This document shows positions 45,201-53,665 of a DNA stretch of 64,000 nt, piece by piece; position 1 is the first letter of the stretch; the number at the start of each line of letters is the position of its first letter. The translations under genes and the position numbers were made by a program. The notes under the pieces were generated by a model that searched no databases, was not told the DNA's origin, and saw only the letters and a list, made by a program, of their open reading frames with translations. This DNA comes from Anaerolineaceae bacterium (GTDB taxonomy: Bacteria > Chloroflexota > Anaerolineae > Aggregatilineales > Phototrophicaceae), in assembly GCA_007693385.1 (NCBI GenBank), contig REDR01000073.1, positions 372 to 64,371 of the forward strand, given 5' to 3'.

Positions 45201-45834
45201 ATAGGCCGCGTTCGCGGTGCGCCTGCACCAGATCATCGTCGATCATCGCCCGCACCACATCCGCCGGGATCATCTGCACTTTGGTGATCTCGTGTGATGT
45301 GCGGAAGCCGTCGAAGAAGTGCAAGAACGGGATGCGACTCTTAAGCGTGGCTGAATGGCTAATCAGCGCGAAGTCGTGCGCTTCCTGCACCGATGCCGAG
45401 CCGAGCATCGCCCAGCCGGTCATCCGCGCCGCCATGATGTCGCTGTGGTCGCCGAAGATCGAAAGCCCCTGTGCGGCCAGCGAACGCGCCGCGATGTGGA
45501 ATACCGCCGGTGTTAGCTCGCCGGCGATCTTGTACATATTGGGCAACATCAGCAACAAACCCTGTGAAGCGGTGAATGTCGTGGCTAGTGCGCCGGTCTG
45601 TAATGCGCCGTGTATTGCGCCCGCCGCGCCGCCTTCGCTCTGCATTTCGACCACATGCGGCACTGTGCCCCATAGGTTCTGCTTGTCTTTTGACGACCAT
45701 TCATCCGCCCATTCGCCCATCGGCGAAGCGGGTGTAATCGGATAAATTGCGATGACATCGCTCAACTGATAGGCAATGTTGGCGACAGCCTCGTTGCCGT
45801 CAATCGTCTTATATTCTCTGCTTTGCATGGTCAC
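42253..45834 (-). CDS. nifJ: pyruvate:ferredoxin (flavodoxin) oxidoreductase
   Basis: 1193 aa single-chain PFOR with a ferredoxin-like insert (CIQCGKCAMVCPHAVIR, CTGCALCVDVCP) and the TPP motif GGDGWAYDIG. Confidence 0.95.
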   Translation of the reverse strand: MTMQSREYKTIDGNEAVANIAYQLSDVIAIYPITPASPMGEWADEWSSKDKQNLWGTVPHVVEMQSEGGAAGAIHGALQTGALATTFTASQGLLLMLPNMYKIAGELTPAVFHIAARSLAAQGLSIFGDHSDIMAARMTGWAMLGSASVQEAHDFALISHSATLKSRIPFLHFFDGFRTSHEITKVQMIPADVVRAMIDDDLVQAHRERGLSPDRPFIRGTAQNPDVYFQARETVNPFYDACPRIIQDTMDEFAALTGRQYHLYEYHGAADAERVIVLMGSGCEAAHETVDYLNANGEKVGLLKVRLYRPFVPELFADALPETVKTLAVLDRTKEPGSVGEPLYQDAITALNETRAGKMPTIIGGRYGLSSKEFTPAMIKGVFDNMSAAQPKNHFTVGIFDDVSHTSIDFDAAFSIEPETTVRAVFYGLGSDGTVGANKNAIKIIGENTENYAQGYFVYDSKKSGSMTVSHLRFGKDAIRANYLIDKANFIACHQPIFMQQIDVLEAAVRGGTFLYNSPHDPERVWDTLPRKAQEHIIEKGLRFYVIDAYRVAHEAGMGRRINTVMQVCFFAISGVMPRDEAIDAIKDAIRKTYGNKGQEVVDKNIEAVERTLAHLHEVSIPQTVTSVAEMLPPVTANAPAFVRDVLGEMIARRGDFIPVSSLPVDGTYPSGTTQYEKRNLALEIPEWDPDVCIQCGKCAMVCPHAVIRIKAYDGAVLESAPETFKATAARDREWSDMMYTIQVAPEDCTGCALCVDVCPAKNKSAVNRRAINMTPQPPIRDQERENWDFFLEIPELDRRQIKTTSIRQQQVQQPLFEFSGACAGCGETPYIKLVTQLYGDRSVIANATGCSSIYGGNLPTTPYSTNADNRGPAWSNSLFEDNAEFGMGMRVSLDAQAQVAAELLMSMRDVVGADLADDVLNADQSDEAGIYEQRERVELVKERLQAFLSSANGHGAQVRRLLSIADMLVKKNVWVFGGDGWAYDIGFSGLDHVLASDRNINILVMDTEVYSNTGGQMSKSTPRAAVAKFAAGGKPAAKKDLGLMAMSYGSAYVAQVAMGARDEQTLRAFIEAEAYPGPSLIIAYSHCIAHGINMGTAMRNQQAAVKSGQWLLYRYNPLRAEAGQNPLQLDSRPPKLPVKEFFRMENRFRMLELSKPEVSRELFRQAQEDIHTRWALYEYLASRPYATTEGDN

Positions 45835-45966
45835 TTATCCATCTCACCTGCGAATACCAGAGCGCCGGTACAAAGTCAGCGCATGATACTATGGTAAGTT
45901 TTCCGGCGAGAATTTATCAGTGATGGATGTCATGACCTGTGCTGGACACATGCCACCAGCATGATC

Positions 45967-46920
45967 TCAGTTGCAGACCAACCGCCCCCCGTCATCGACA
46001 TTGACCGGAATCGGGTCGCTGATAATGCCGTGAAACGTCCCGTCGCTGTCGGTTTCGTGGAAGCCCATCAGATACCAGCCGCCATCCGCCCCCTGTATCA
46101 GCTTGCCGGAATAAAGCGGCGCGTCGTGGTCGGTCTGTAGAGCGCCGCCCTCATAGCGGAACGGCCCCAGCGCGGAATCGCCGACTAGATAGTGGATGTT
46201 CGCCCGTGTCGATGTGCGGGCTTTGCGGGCTTCGCTGTAATACAGGCGCGGACAACTGAACAGCAGGTAGTAGCGCCCGCCGATCTGCTCGATTTGCGGC
46301 ACTTCCAGATAGCCGAAGTCGTCGCATTCCGCCAGAGGCGGCAGGACTTCCCACCGTTTGAGGTCGGCGGAACGCGCATGACCGATCACCCCCCGCGCAT
46401 CCGGCACGCCGTCCTTACTGCGGGCGGTCATCAACGCATGGAACAGGCCATCATCAGCGCGGAACACCCACGGATCGCGCCATGCTTGATCGTGCCATGC
46501 GTCCAGATCGAGCAGTTCATACCAGCGCGGGTCAGCTTCGATCAATGGATTCTCCGCGACTTTGTGCCACGTGATGAGGTCGGTGGATGTCGCCGCGCCC
46601 ACGCGCTGAACCAGCGCATCCTCCGACCGTTTGCCGCCGGTATAAAACATATACCACAGGCCATCATGCCGGATGACGCTCCCCGTCCATGTGGTGTAAC
46701 TGTCGAAGGCTTCCGCCTCCGTCGCGGGGCGGATGGCATCCGGCAAAATCGTCCAGTTGGTGAGGTCGGTAGACTTCGCATGGCCGATAGAAACGTGCCA
46801 GTGGCGTTGATCCGGGTCTTGCAGGGCGCGGTCAGCCTGTAGATAGAAGATGTGGAACGTCTCGCCGTCCCGTGCGAACCAGAAATCCCAAACCCATTTA
46901 TCGGTTAATGCCAGTGCCAT
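45967..46920 (-). CDS. clan GH-J (GH32/GH68-like) five-bladed beta-propeller glycoside hydrolase, cytoplasmic
   Basis: WVWDFWF nucleophile-block analogue, WRDPWVF (RDP motif), YLEVPQ (acid/base Glu block). No signal peptide. Confidence 0.75.
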   Translation of the reverse strand: MALALTDKWVWDFWFARDGETFHIFYLQADRALQDPDQRHWHVSIGHAKSTDLTNWTILPDAIRPATEAEAFDSYTTWTGSVIRHDGLWYMFYTGGKRSEDALVQRVGAATSTDLITWHKVAENPLIEADPRWYELLDLDAWHDQAWRDPWVFRADDGLFHALMTARSKDGVPDARGVIGHARSADLKRWEVLPPLAECDDFGYLEVPQIEQIGGRYYLLFSCPRLYYSEARKARTSTRANIHYLVGDSALGPFRYEGGALQTDHDAPLYSGKLIQGADGGWYLMGFHETDSDGTFHGIISDPIPVNVDDGGRLVCN

Positions 46921-46946
46921 GCGATGCGCTCCTCTTTGTTGTTTGC

Positions 46947-48074
46947 TTAACCTTTAACGCCGCTACTGCTTACGCTCTGGACGAACCACTTCTGGAACAG
47001 CAAGAACGTGATGAGTACCGGTATCGTCACCATCGCGGCGTAAGCCATGATGCTACCCCAGCGGATGGGCGCTTGCGTCTGGAAGAAGTCCATGCCGACC
47101 ATCAAAGGCCGGTAGGTGTCTTCACGGGTGACCATCAGCGGCCACAGATAGAATGACCAGAACTGCAAGAACTTCAGGATTGCCACCGTTGCGAACACCG
47201 GACGAGAGATCGGCACGATGATCTGCCAGTAGATGCGGAAGTTATCCGCGCCATCGACATAAGCGGCTTCGTCGAAGTCCTTCGGGATGTTGATAAAAAA
47301 TTGGTAGAACAAGAATATCGAGAACGGCTCTGCGATGAAAGGTAGAATTTGCACATGATAACTGTTCAACCATGTGCCGCCTTTTTCAATCTGGCCGATC
47401 ATGAAATAGATCAGCACCGTCAACGGCAATGTCAGCAAGATGGTCAAGACCACCTGTAACGCGAAATGCACCGGCAAGGGTAGAGTGCGGCTCAGGTTCT
47501 CCGTCATGGATGCTACCGCGTTCCAGATCACATTCCAGCCCATCAGCGTGATGACGATGAGGATGAATAGCACCACCAGATTGACGAACGGCCCCATGTT
47601 GTTGACCATCATCATCAACGGCACGGCGATAGCCTCTAGCGGGATGATGATGAGCGACACGACCAGACTCAAGATAACGGCGCGTCCAACCCAGCGCATC
47701 CGCGCCAGCACATAAGCCGCCATGCTGTTGACGAATAGGCCGACGATCACCGTGACCAGCGTCAGGAATAGCGAGTTGAACATATATTGATCGAAACTGA
47801 CACGTGAGAATACATCGTTGACGTTATCCAGCGTGAATGTCTCGAAGTTGGGCAACAGCGCCGCGAAACTCGATAAATCGGCGATCACCCGATCGTTCGG
47901 CTTAAAAGCGGCGACCACCATGAAGATGATCGGAAATAGGAACAGGAAACCGATGAACGACATCAGCGCATAGGTGAAGATGCGTCTGCTGATTTCGCGC
48001 ATACGGGCGACGAAGGCGCGGCGGCGGGCTTCCTGTGCTTGTTGTTGTGAGGTGAGCGTATCGGCAGTCATCAT
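46947..48074 (-). CDS. carbohydrate ABC transporter permease (MalG-like) with an extra ~70-aa 2-TM insertion
   Basis: EAA-type loop DEAAYVDGADNFRIYWQIIVP. 375 aa against my recollection of roughly 280 aa for the family. Confidence 0.85.
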   Translation of the reverse strand: MMTADTLTSQQQAQEARRRAFVARMREISRRIFTYALMSFIGFLFLFPIIFMVVAAFKPNDRVIADLSSFAALLPNFETFTLDNVNDVFSRVSFDQYMFNSLFLTLVTVIVGLFVNSMAAYVLARMRWVGRAVILSLVVSLIIIPLEAIAVPLMMMVNNMGPFVNLVVLFILIVITLMGWNVIWNAVASMTENLSRTLPLPVHFALQVVLTILLTLPLTVLIYFMIGQIEKGGTWLNSYHVQILPFIAEPFSIFLFYQFFINIPKDFDEAAYVDGADNFRIYWQIIVPISRPVFATVAILKFLQFWSFYLWPLMVTREDTYRPLMVGMDFFQTQAPIRWGSIMAYAAMVTIPVLITFLLFQKWFVQSVSSSGVKG

Positions 48075-48076
48075 GT

Positions 48077-49204
48077 TTAATCCAATGCGCTTTCAGATTT
48101 GACGAACACACGTTGAACCAGCGAGATCATCAGCACGATGACGACGAATACCACCGAAATCGCGGAAGCATAGCCGATTTCGCTCTCACGCCAGCCGCGC
48201 CGGATGGCATACCACACCATCGTAGCGGTGGACGATGCCGGGCCGCCGTCGGGCGTCATCACGTTGATCTGGTCGAATAGCCGGAAGGCTAAAATCGTCG
48301 TCGTCAGTACCACGAAAATTGTCGTGTTGCGGAGCATAGGCAATGTCACATAGCGGAACTTGTGAACAACGCCCGCGCCGTCGATGCTGGCCGCTTCATA
48401 TAAATCTTCGGGAATGTCCTGCAATCCGGCCAGAAAAATCACCATCTGGAAGCCGACACCCTGCCAGATAGACATAATCATGATGGCCGGTAACGCGGAG
48501 GCCGGATGCTGTAGCCAGTCGAACGGGCCGATGCTCAGCACGCCTAACATCTGGTTGATGAGGCCGAAGCGCGGGTTATATAAGAATGCCCACACCACCG
48601 CCACAATCACCATCGCGGTGACCACCGGACTGAAGTAGATCGTGCGGAATACGTTCATGCCCGGCAACTTCTGGTTAATCAATATCGCCAGCATCAACGC
48701 CAGCGCTGTTTGTACCGGCACGACGAAAGCGGCGAAGGCTAAATTATTGCGTAATGATCGCCAGAAAAGCGGATCGCGGGCGAATATCGCGTATTCGTTG
48801 CTCCCGATGCTGAACACGCTCATCACTTCGTAGCCGCGCCAGTTTTCCAGCCCCTCCCAGATTTCATCAAGATCATCAATGCCGCGTGTGCGCCAGCGAA
48901 AATCCGCTTTACCTTGATTATCCAGATACCAGCCGACGCCCGGACGCGAGTCGGGGAATACTTCCGGTTTGGGCGGTAATCCGCCGATACCAACGCCCAG
49001 AATGCGCTCGTAGTTGCGTGTGCCAATGTCGCTGGCTTGTGCGCCGTCAAAACGCTGGTTGGTTGTGCTGAGGTCGATGCCCAGTATGAACGGCCAGATC
49101 ATGAAAATAGCCAATAACAGGAAGGCCGGGCCACCCATCACCAGAACCGCCAGCAGGTCACGGCCTTTGCGTCCGGTCAGGTTATTTTGAAAAAATAATC
49201 GCAT
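48077..49204 (-). CDS. carbohydrate ABC transporter permease (MalF-like, large periplasmic loop)
   Basis: EAA loop YEAASIDGAGVVHKFRYVTLP, about 6 TM, and a roughly 90-aa loop after TM1. Confidence 0.85.
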   Translation of the reverse strand: MRLFFQNNLTGRKGRDLLAVLVMGGPAFLLLAIFMIWPFILGIDLSTTNQRFDGAQASDIGTRNYERILGVGIGGLPPKPEVFPDSRPGVGWYLDNQGKADFRWRTRGIDDLDEIWEGLENWRGYEVMSVFSIGSNEYAIFARDPLFWRSLRNNLAFAAFVVPVQTALALMLAILINQKLPGMNVFRTIYFSPVVTAMVIVAVVWAFLYNPRFGLINQMLGVLSIGPFDWLQHPASALPAIMIMSIWQGVGFQMVIFLAGLQDIPEDLYEAASIDGAGVVHKFRYVTLPMLRNTTIFVVLTTTILAFRLFDQINVMTPDGGPASSTATMVWYAIRRGWRESEIGYASAISVVFVVIVLMISLVQRVFVKSESALD

Positions 49205-49287
49205 GATATATTCCCCCGTTTTCAGCGGGATGCACAGGGGCGGACACGTCGCCCGCCCCTGTGATGTTAAAGGTTAAATTGTCGTGT

Positions 49288-50556
49288 TTAGCCAGCCAGA
49301 CTCTCAATCGCGGAGTCGATGGCGTCCACAGCCGCATCAAGCGAGCGCTGGACATCTTCGCCACGCGCAATCGCGTTGACCACATCTTCCATCACGGTGG
49401 AGATCGTCGGGTAGACTGCGGTCTGGGCACGCGGCACCGCCACGCCTTCCGTCAGTTGCAGGAAGTAGATATGCAGGTCGCCGCCTTCTTGGTAGCGCTC
49501 ATCGGCCTCTAGCGCGGAGATGCGGGACGGCACGGCACCGTTGGCGTTCGCCATTGATGCGGTATTGTCCGCGTCCATCAGGTACTCGATGAACGTCCAC
49601 GCGCCATCGGGATTCGCGCAGGTGCTGGTGATGCCCCAGTTCCACGAACCCATGCCGGTCACTGCGCCGTTACCGAAGTCCGGTGCCGGAATCAGTACCA
49701 GATCATCGCCGAGCGCGTCTTTGTAGTCGTTGTACATCCAGTGGCCGACCCAGCTTAACGGCACGCGACCTTCCATGAAGTCAGCGTCAGGATCAACCGG
49801 CGTCGCGGTGGCATAGCCATTAGCGAACAGGCTCTGGAACCACTCGCCCCACGCGACGGCTTCCTCGCCATTCAGCACGCCTTCGGCAGTCTCGAACGTC
49901 TCGCGGTCAATGGTGTCGCCGCCGAAGCTACGAATCATCGGGCCGAAACCGTAGGAGTACCACTCGCCGTCATAGGTGAACTTGAAGTCGATCACGTAGC
50001 CATCATCGGGGACGATAGCGGCTAGCGCTTCCATCGCTTCGTTGAATTCGTCCAGTGTCCACACATCGTCCAGACCTTCGGGGATGCGGACGCCAGCTTC
50101 TTCTAGCATCGCGGCATTCGCCCAGATGGACAGGCCGCTATCGAACTGACCCAGACTGTAGATCGAGTCGCCGACGGTGCCCTGACCAATGATGGACGGC
50201 AGTACATCATCCAGCAGTTCGTCGGTCACGTAGTCATCTAGCGGGATGAGGTCGCCGGAGAACACGTAGCTGTAGATGAACGGGCCGTCGAAGTCCAGCA
50301 CACACGGCAGGTCACCGGCCAGCGCCGCCGCCCGCACCTGATCGTTGTAGCTACCTTCCGGCACTTCTAGCGGCATAATCACGTATTCGTCCTGCATTTC
50401 GTTGAATGCGGTGATCTGGCGATCCAGTTCGTCGCGCTCGCTACCCTGTCCGGAATGGAACCACAGGCTGACTTCCTCCGGCCCCTGTGCGGCGGCGGGG
50501 AGCGCCATCAAAACGGCTAGCAAACCCATTAAAATCATTGATGTTAAACGCTTCAT
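49288..50556 (-). CDS. ABC transporter extracellular sugar-binding protein (family 1)
   Basis: Signal peptide MKRLTSMILMGLLAVLMALPAAAQG. 422 aa. Lies upstream of the two permeases. Confidence 0.85.
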   Translation of the reverse strand: MKRLTSMILMGLLAVLMALPAAAQGPEEVSLWFHSGQGSERDELDRQITAFNEMQDEYVIMPLEVPEGSYNDQVRAAALAGDLPCVLDFDGPFIYSYVFSGDLIPLDDYVTDELLDDVLPSIIGQGTVGDSIYSLGQFDSGLSIWANAAMLEEAGVRIPEGLDDVWTLDEFNEAMEALAAIVPDDGYVIDFKFTYDGEWYSYGFGPMIRSFGGDTIDRETFETAEGVLNGEEAVAWGEWFQSLFANGYATATPVDPDADFMEGRVPLSWVGHWMYNDYKDALGDDLVLIPAPDFGNGAVTGMGSWNWGITSTCANPDGAWTFIEYLMDADNTASMANANGAVPSRISALEADERYQEGGDLHIYFLQLTEGVAVPRAQTAVYPTISTVMEDVVNAIARGEDVQRSLDAAVDAIDSAIESLAG

Positions 50557-50689
50557 TTCAAAAATTCCTCTCTACTTAAAGCGATACAAAATAGCTTGTG
50601 TTGTGCCTTGCGTTCGCGTGCTTGTCTTTCCAATAACGCCTCCTTGAACGTTGTTCGTTATTATCATGACATTGTGAAAAACGCGCTCC

Positions 50690-51718
50690 TCACCCGATGT
50701 CACGGGTGGTCTGGCGCGGGATCACCACAGGTTGCGGCAATGTCAAATTGACATCGCTGGTCGTGCGCTTCAGCGTGTGTAGCAGGTATGCCGCGCCCCG
50801 CCGTCCACTGAGTTCGAGATGCTGGCGCACGGTGGTCAGGCCGGTATGCTTGCTGATTTCCAGATCGTCGTAGCCCATCACCGATACATCGGCGGGAACG
50901 TCTAGACCGCACTGGCGCAATGCCGCCATACAGCCTAGCGCCTGCGTGTCGCTCATGGCGAAGATCGCCGTCGGGCGATGGGGCAGGGCGATCAGTTCCA
51001 GCGTCGATTGGTGCGCGGCGTCGTAGCCGTGTTCGCCCAGCTTGACGAAATCTTCATTATGGGCGAAGCCGTTCGTCTCTAGCGCGGTGCGATAGCCGTT
51101 ATAGCGCTCGTGGCTGGTGGTAAAGCCGAAGCGCTCATCCACGAAAAAGTCGCCGATATAGGCGATGTGTCTGTGGCCGTTGTCGATCAGATATTGCGTT
51201 GCCAATCGTGCGCCTTCGTGGTTGTCCGCGCCGATATTGGGCGATAGTGACGCGGTGCTGTTGTTTACGCCGATATAGGGAATATTGGCCTGTCGCAGGG
51301 CTTTTTGCTCCTCCGCGCTCAGGTCAATGTCGATAATCATCAGACCTTCCACCGCCGCATCGCGGATGATCGCCTTCAGTTGTTCGGCGGCGTTATCGCG
51401 TGAGCTGGCGTTGTAGAGGATGAGTTCGTATTTTTCATCTTGCTCGCTGAGGAAAGCCTGCACGCCGCGCAAGCGCTCGGCAAATGAATAGTAGCTGTTG
51501 AATGACTGCGTGATGACGCCGAGATTGTGGATGCGCGTCTGCCGCGACAGTTTGCGGGCGGCGCTACTCGGCTTAAAGCCCAGCTTGCGGATGGCCTGCT
51601 GAACGCGCAGGCGGCTACGTTCGCTAACGTTGGTGCTATTATTCAGTACGCGGGATACCGTGCCGATGCCGACACCGGCTTCTTCCGCAACATCGTAAAT
51701 AGTGGGCTTCGCAGACAT
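50690..51718 (-). CDS. LacI family transcriptional regulator
   Basis: N-terminal HTH TIYDVAEEAGVGIGTVSRVLNN followed by a periplasmic-binding-protein-like sugar-binding core. Confidence 0.9.
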   Translation of the reverse strand: MSAKPTIYDVAEEAGVGIGTVSRVLNNSTNVSERSRLRVQQAIRKLGFKPSSAARKLSRQTRIHNLGVITQSFNSYYSFAERLRGVQAFLSEQDEKYELILYNASSRDNAAEQLKAIIRDAAVEGLMIIDIDLSAEEQKALRQANIPYIGVNNSTASLSPNIGADNHEGARLATQYLIDNGHRHIAYIGDFFVDERFGFTTSHERYNGYRTALETNGFAHNEDFVKLGEHGYDAAHQSTLELIALPHRPTAIFAMSDTQALGCMAALRQCGLDVPADVSVMGYDDLEISKHTGLTTVRQHLELSGRRGAAYLLHTLKRTTSDVNLTLPQPVVIPRQTTRDIG

Positions 51719-51750
51719 AATCGCATTTTAGTCCATAAAAAAACAATTTT

Positions 51751-51764
51751 TGGAAGCGCTTCCA
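51751..51764. promoter_or_regulatory. perfect 14-nt LacI/CcpA-type operator palindrome TGGAAGCGCTTCCA
   Basis: Exactly self-complementary and matches TGNAANCGNTTNCA. Lies 33-46 nt upstream of the LacI-family gene start (51718, minus strand). Confidence 0.65.
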
Positions 51765-51962
51765 CGCCACATAATAAGCATAGCAGAAATTTTAAGACTT
51801 GTCAAAAAATCGACGCGAGCGCGGTGACGAAGAAAATGTCGGTGCGGGTGAAGTGCTTGATCTCATGTTTATTTTGCGGCCTTTTGTCCTATAATGTCGG
51901 GTACTCATCTATCAAACGTAATGAATTTTCTTTCAATCGCTCATAACCTCCAGGGAAGATTG

Positions 51963-52799
51963 ATGATGTCATCAAAAAATGAACCGCAAGCAGTAACCGA
52001 AGCCGATATACCGCACTGGCCGCGCATCATGCTCATACGCCCGCGCACCGTGTTGATCGCTGTGGCGGTTCTGTTGGTGCTGTCATGGGCGTTATTTCTG
52101 GTGATTGATATATTCAAGTGGATTGAACTGGGCACGGATATTCCGGCGTGGGGCTTTCTGTTCAACGTCGGCCCGGTTGAATGGTCACAATGGTACATGC
52201 AGACGTTCGCTATCGTGCTGTGCTGTTTTAACTATGTTTTTCTGATACGCGCTAATCGACGTATGGCCGCCCGCTTCTTCCTGATCTTCGGGGCTGGACT
52301 ATGTTTCATGTTGATCGAAGATACCGGCGACATCCGGCATGTATTGAGCGCCACATTCCGCGATCAATTCGGGGATGAGGTGTTCGGCTTGCATTATCGT
52401 TTTGTGGCTGATTTTCCGTACTTTGCTTTACTTGCCAGTTTGCCCGCCTACGCCTTTCTGTTTTATGCCCGTCATGTGTGGTTGTCGTTCAGGTCTCGCC
52501 TGCACATATTCGCCGGTGTCTCCCTGTATGCGCTGGCCGCCATCAGTAGCGCTTTACGCCACTTTCGTGACTTTTATACTCGTCTAGGGGAGTGGATCGA
52601 CGCCAATATATTGGGTTTTCGCTTTCCGATACCGGATGGACTTGGTCAAGAATGGGGCTATTTTTATCTAGTTGATGGCCCGCTTGAAGAGACAATCGAA
52701 GTGCTGGCACTAACGTTAATCATAACGGCAATTCTCGCGTTCACTGCGAACTTTCGGGCGGGGCGTCTGCCCGCATCCGGGGAGGAGACGGCGAACTGA
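51963..52799 (+). CDS. hypothetical polytopic membrane protein, paralog A
   Basis: ATGATG 51963 follows AGGGAAG. Multiple TM helices, HWPRIM near the N-terminus, C-terminal FRAGRLPAS. Paralogous to the next gene. Confidence 0.6.
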   Translation: MMSSKNEPQAVTEADIPHWPRIMLIRPRTVLIAVAVLLVLSWALFLVIDIFKWIELGTDIPAWGFLFNVGPVEWSQWYMQTFAIVLCCFNYVFLIRANRRMAARFFLIFGAGLCFMLIEDTGDIRHVLSATFRDQFGDEVFGLHYRFVADFPYFALLASLPAYAFLFYARHVWLSFRSRLHIFAGVSLYALAAISSALRHFRDFYTRLGEWIDANILGFRFPIPDGLGQEWGYFYLVDGPLEETIEVLALTLIITAILAFTANFRAGRLPASGEETAN

Positions 52800-52819
52800 T
52801 GTCTACAACGGAGGATAAT

Positions 52820-53659
52820 ATGTCATCACAAACACAAAGGGCGGATAGCGTCCAGCAAATGAACGAAGCACATTGGCCGCGCATCATGCGTGTGGCCGCG
52901 CATCATGTCCTGTATGCCGTTAGCGGCTTGTTGGTGCTGGCGTGGATTCTCTTCTTCGTCATTTACATTTTCGGCTGGCTCAACTATCCCGACGGTCAGG
53001 ACACCGGATTGTTTGATCGTGATCTATTTGAGTGGTCACAGTGGGCTTTGATGGCATTCACCGTTTTCTGGAGTGGCTTCATCAGCGCGTCGTTATTCGC
53101 TGAAGGCCGACCATTGACCGCCCGTTTTTTCTTGATGATGGCCTTCGCGTTTGGCTTCTTCTTGATTGATATAACCGGCAATATCGGTCTAGCAGTTAAT
53201 CTCAGGGTGCGTGTTATATTCGATGATGGCGTGGCGGGCGTCCTTTCGCCGATTGTACTCATCACCTACTTCACATTATTGGCGAGCCTGCCCATCTTCG
53301 CGCTGACATTCTACGGCAAATACGTCCGGCAATCATCTAGCGCCCGCCGTTATCTGGCTATCGGCGTACCGCTATACGTGGTAGGCGTGATCGCTGGTTT
53401 CATCCAGCTATTTTTGCAAGTCTACTTCGATTCTCTGGACTGGGCGAATACCAGCTTACTGGCGGGCGGCTTTCCGGTGTGGTTCCGTGAGAACGTAGAC
53501 ACCTATCGCCTATGGTTGATCGATTCGCCTGCACAAGACACCATCGAATTTTTCGGGTTGGCGCTGATCGTGGCGGCAATTCTCGCGTTCGCGGCGGACT
53601 TCCGGGCGGGGCGTCTGCCCGCGTCGGAGACTGAGCCGCAATCAGAAGCGGCGGCATAG
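52820..53659 (+). CDS. hypothetical polytopic membrane protein, paralog B
   Basis: GGAGGA lies 4 nt before ATG 52820. An alternative TGATG-overlapping start exists at 52799. With the 52820 start, HWPRIM falls at the same offset as in paralog A. Same C-terminal motif. Confidence 0.6.
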   Translation: MSSQTQRADSVQQMNEAHWPRIMRVAAHHVLYAVSGLLVLAWILFFVIYIFGWLNYPDGQDTGLFDRDLFEWSQWALMAFTVFWSGFISASLFAEGRPLTARFFLMMAFAFGFFLIDITGNIGLAVNLRVRVIFDDGVAGVLSPIVLITYFTLLASLPIFALTFYGKYVRQSSSARRYLAIGVPLYVVGVIAGFIQLFLQVYFDSLDWANTSLLAGGFPVWFRENVDTYRLWLIDSPAQDTIEFFGLALIVAAILAFAADFRAGRLPASETEPQSEAAA

Positions 53660-53665
53660 CCGACT

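Noticed and set aside
50645-50657. TGAACGTTGTTCG as a LacI operator upstream of the sugar-binding protein gene
   Set aside because: The central CG of the family consensus is not in register and the symmetry is poor. Only a 3-mismatch alternative (50576-50589) exists, so no operator was called as a feature.
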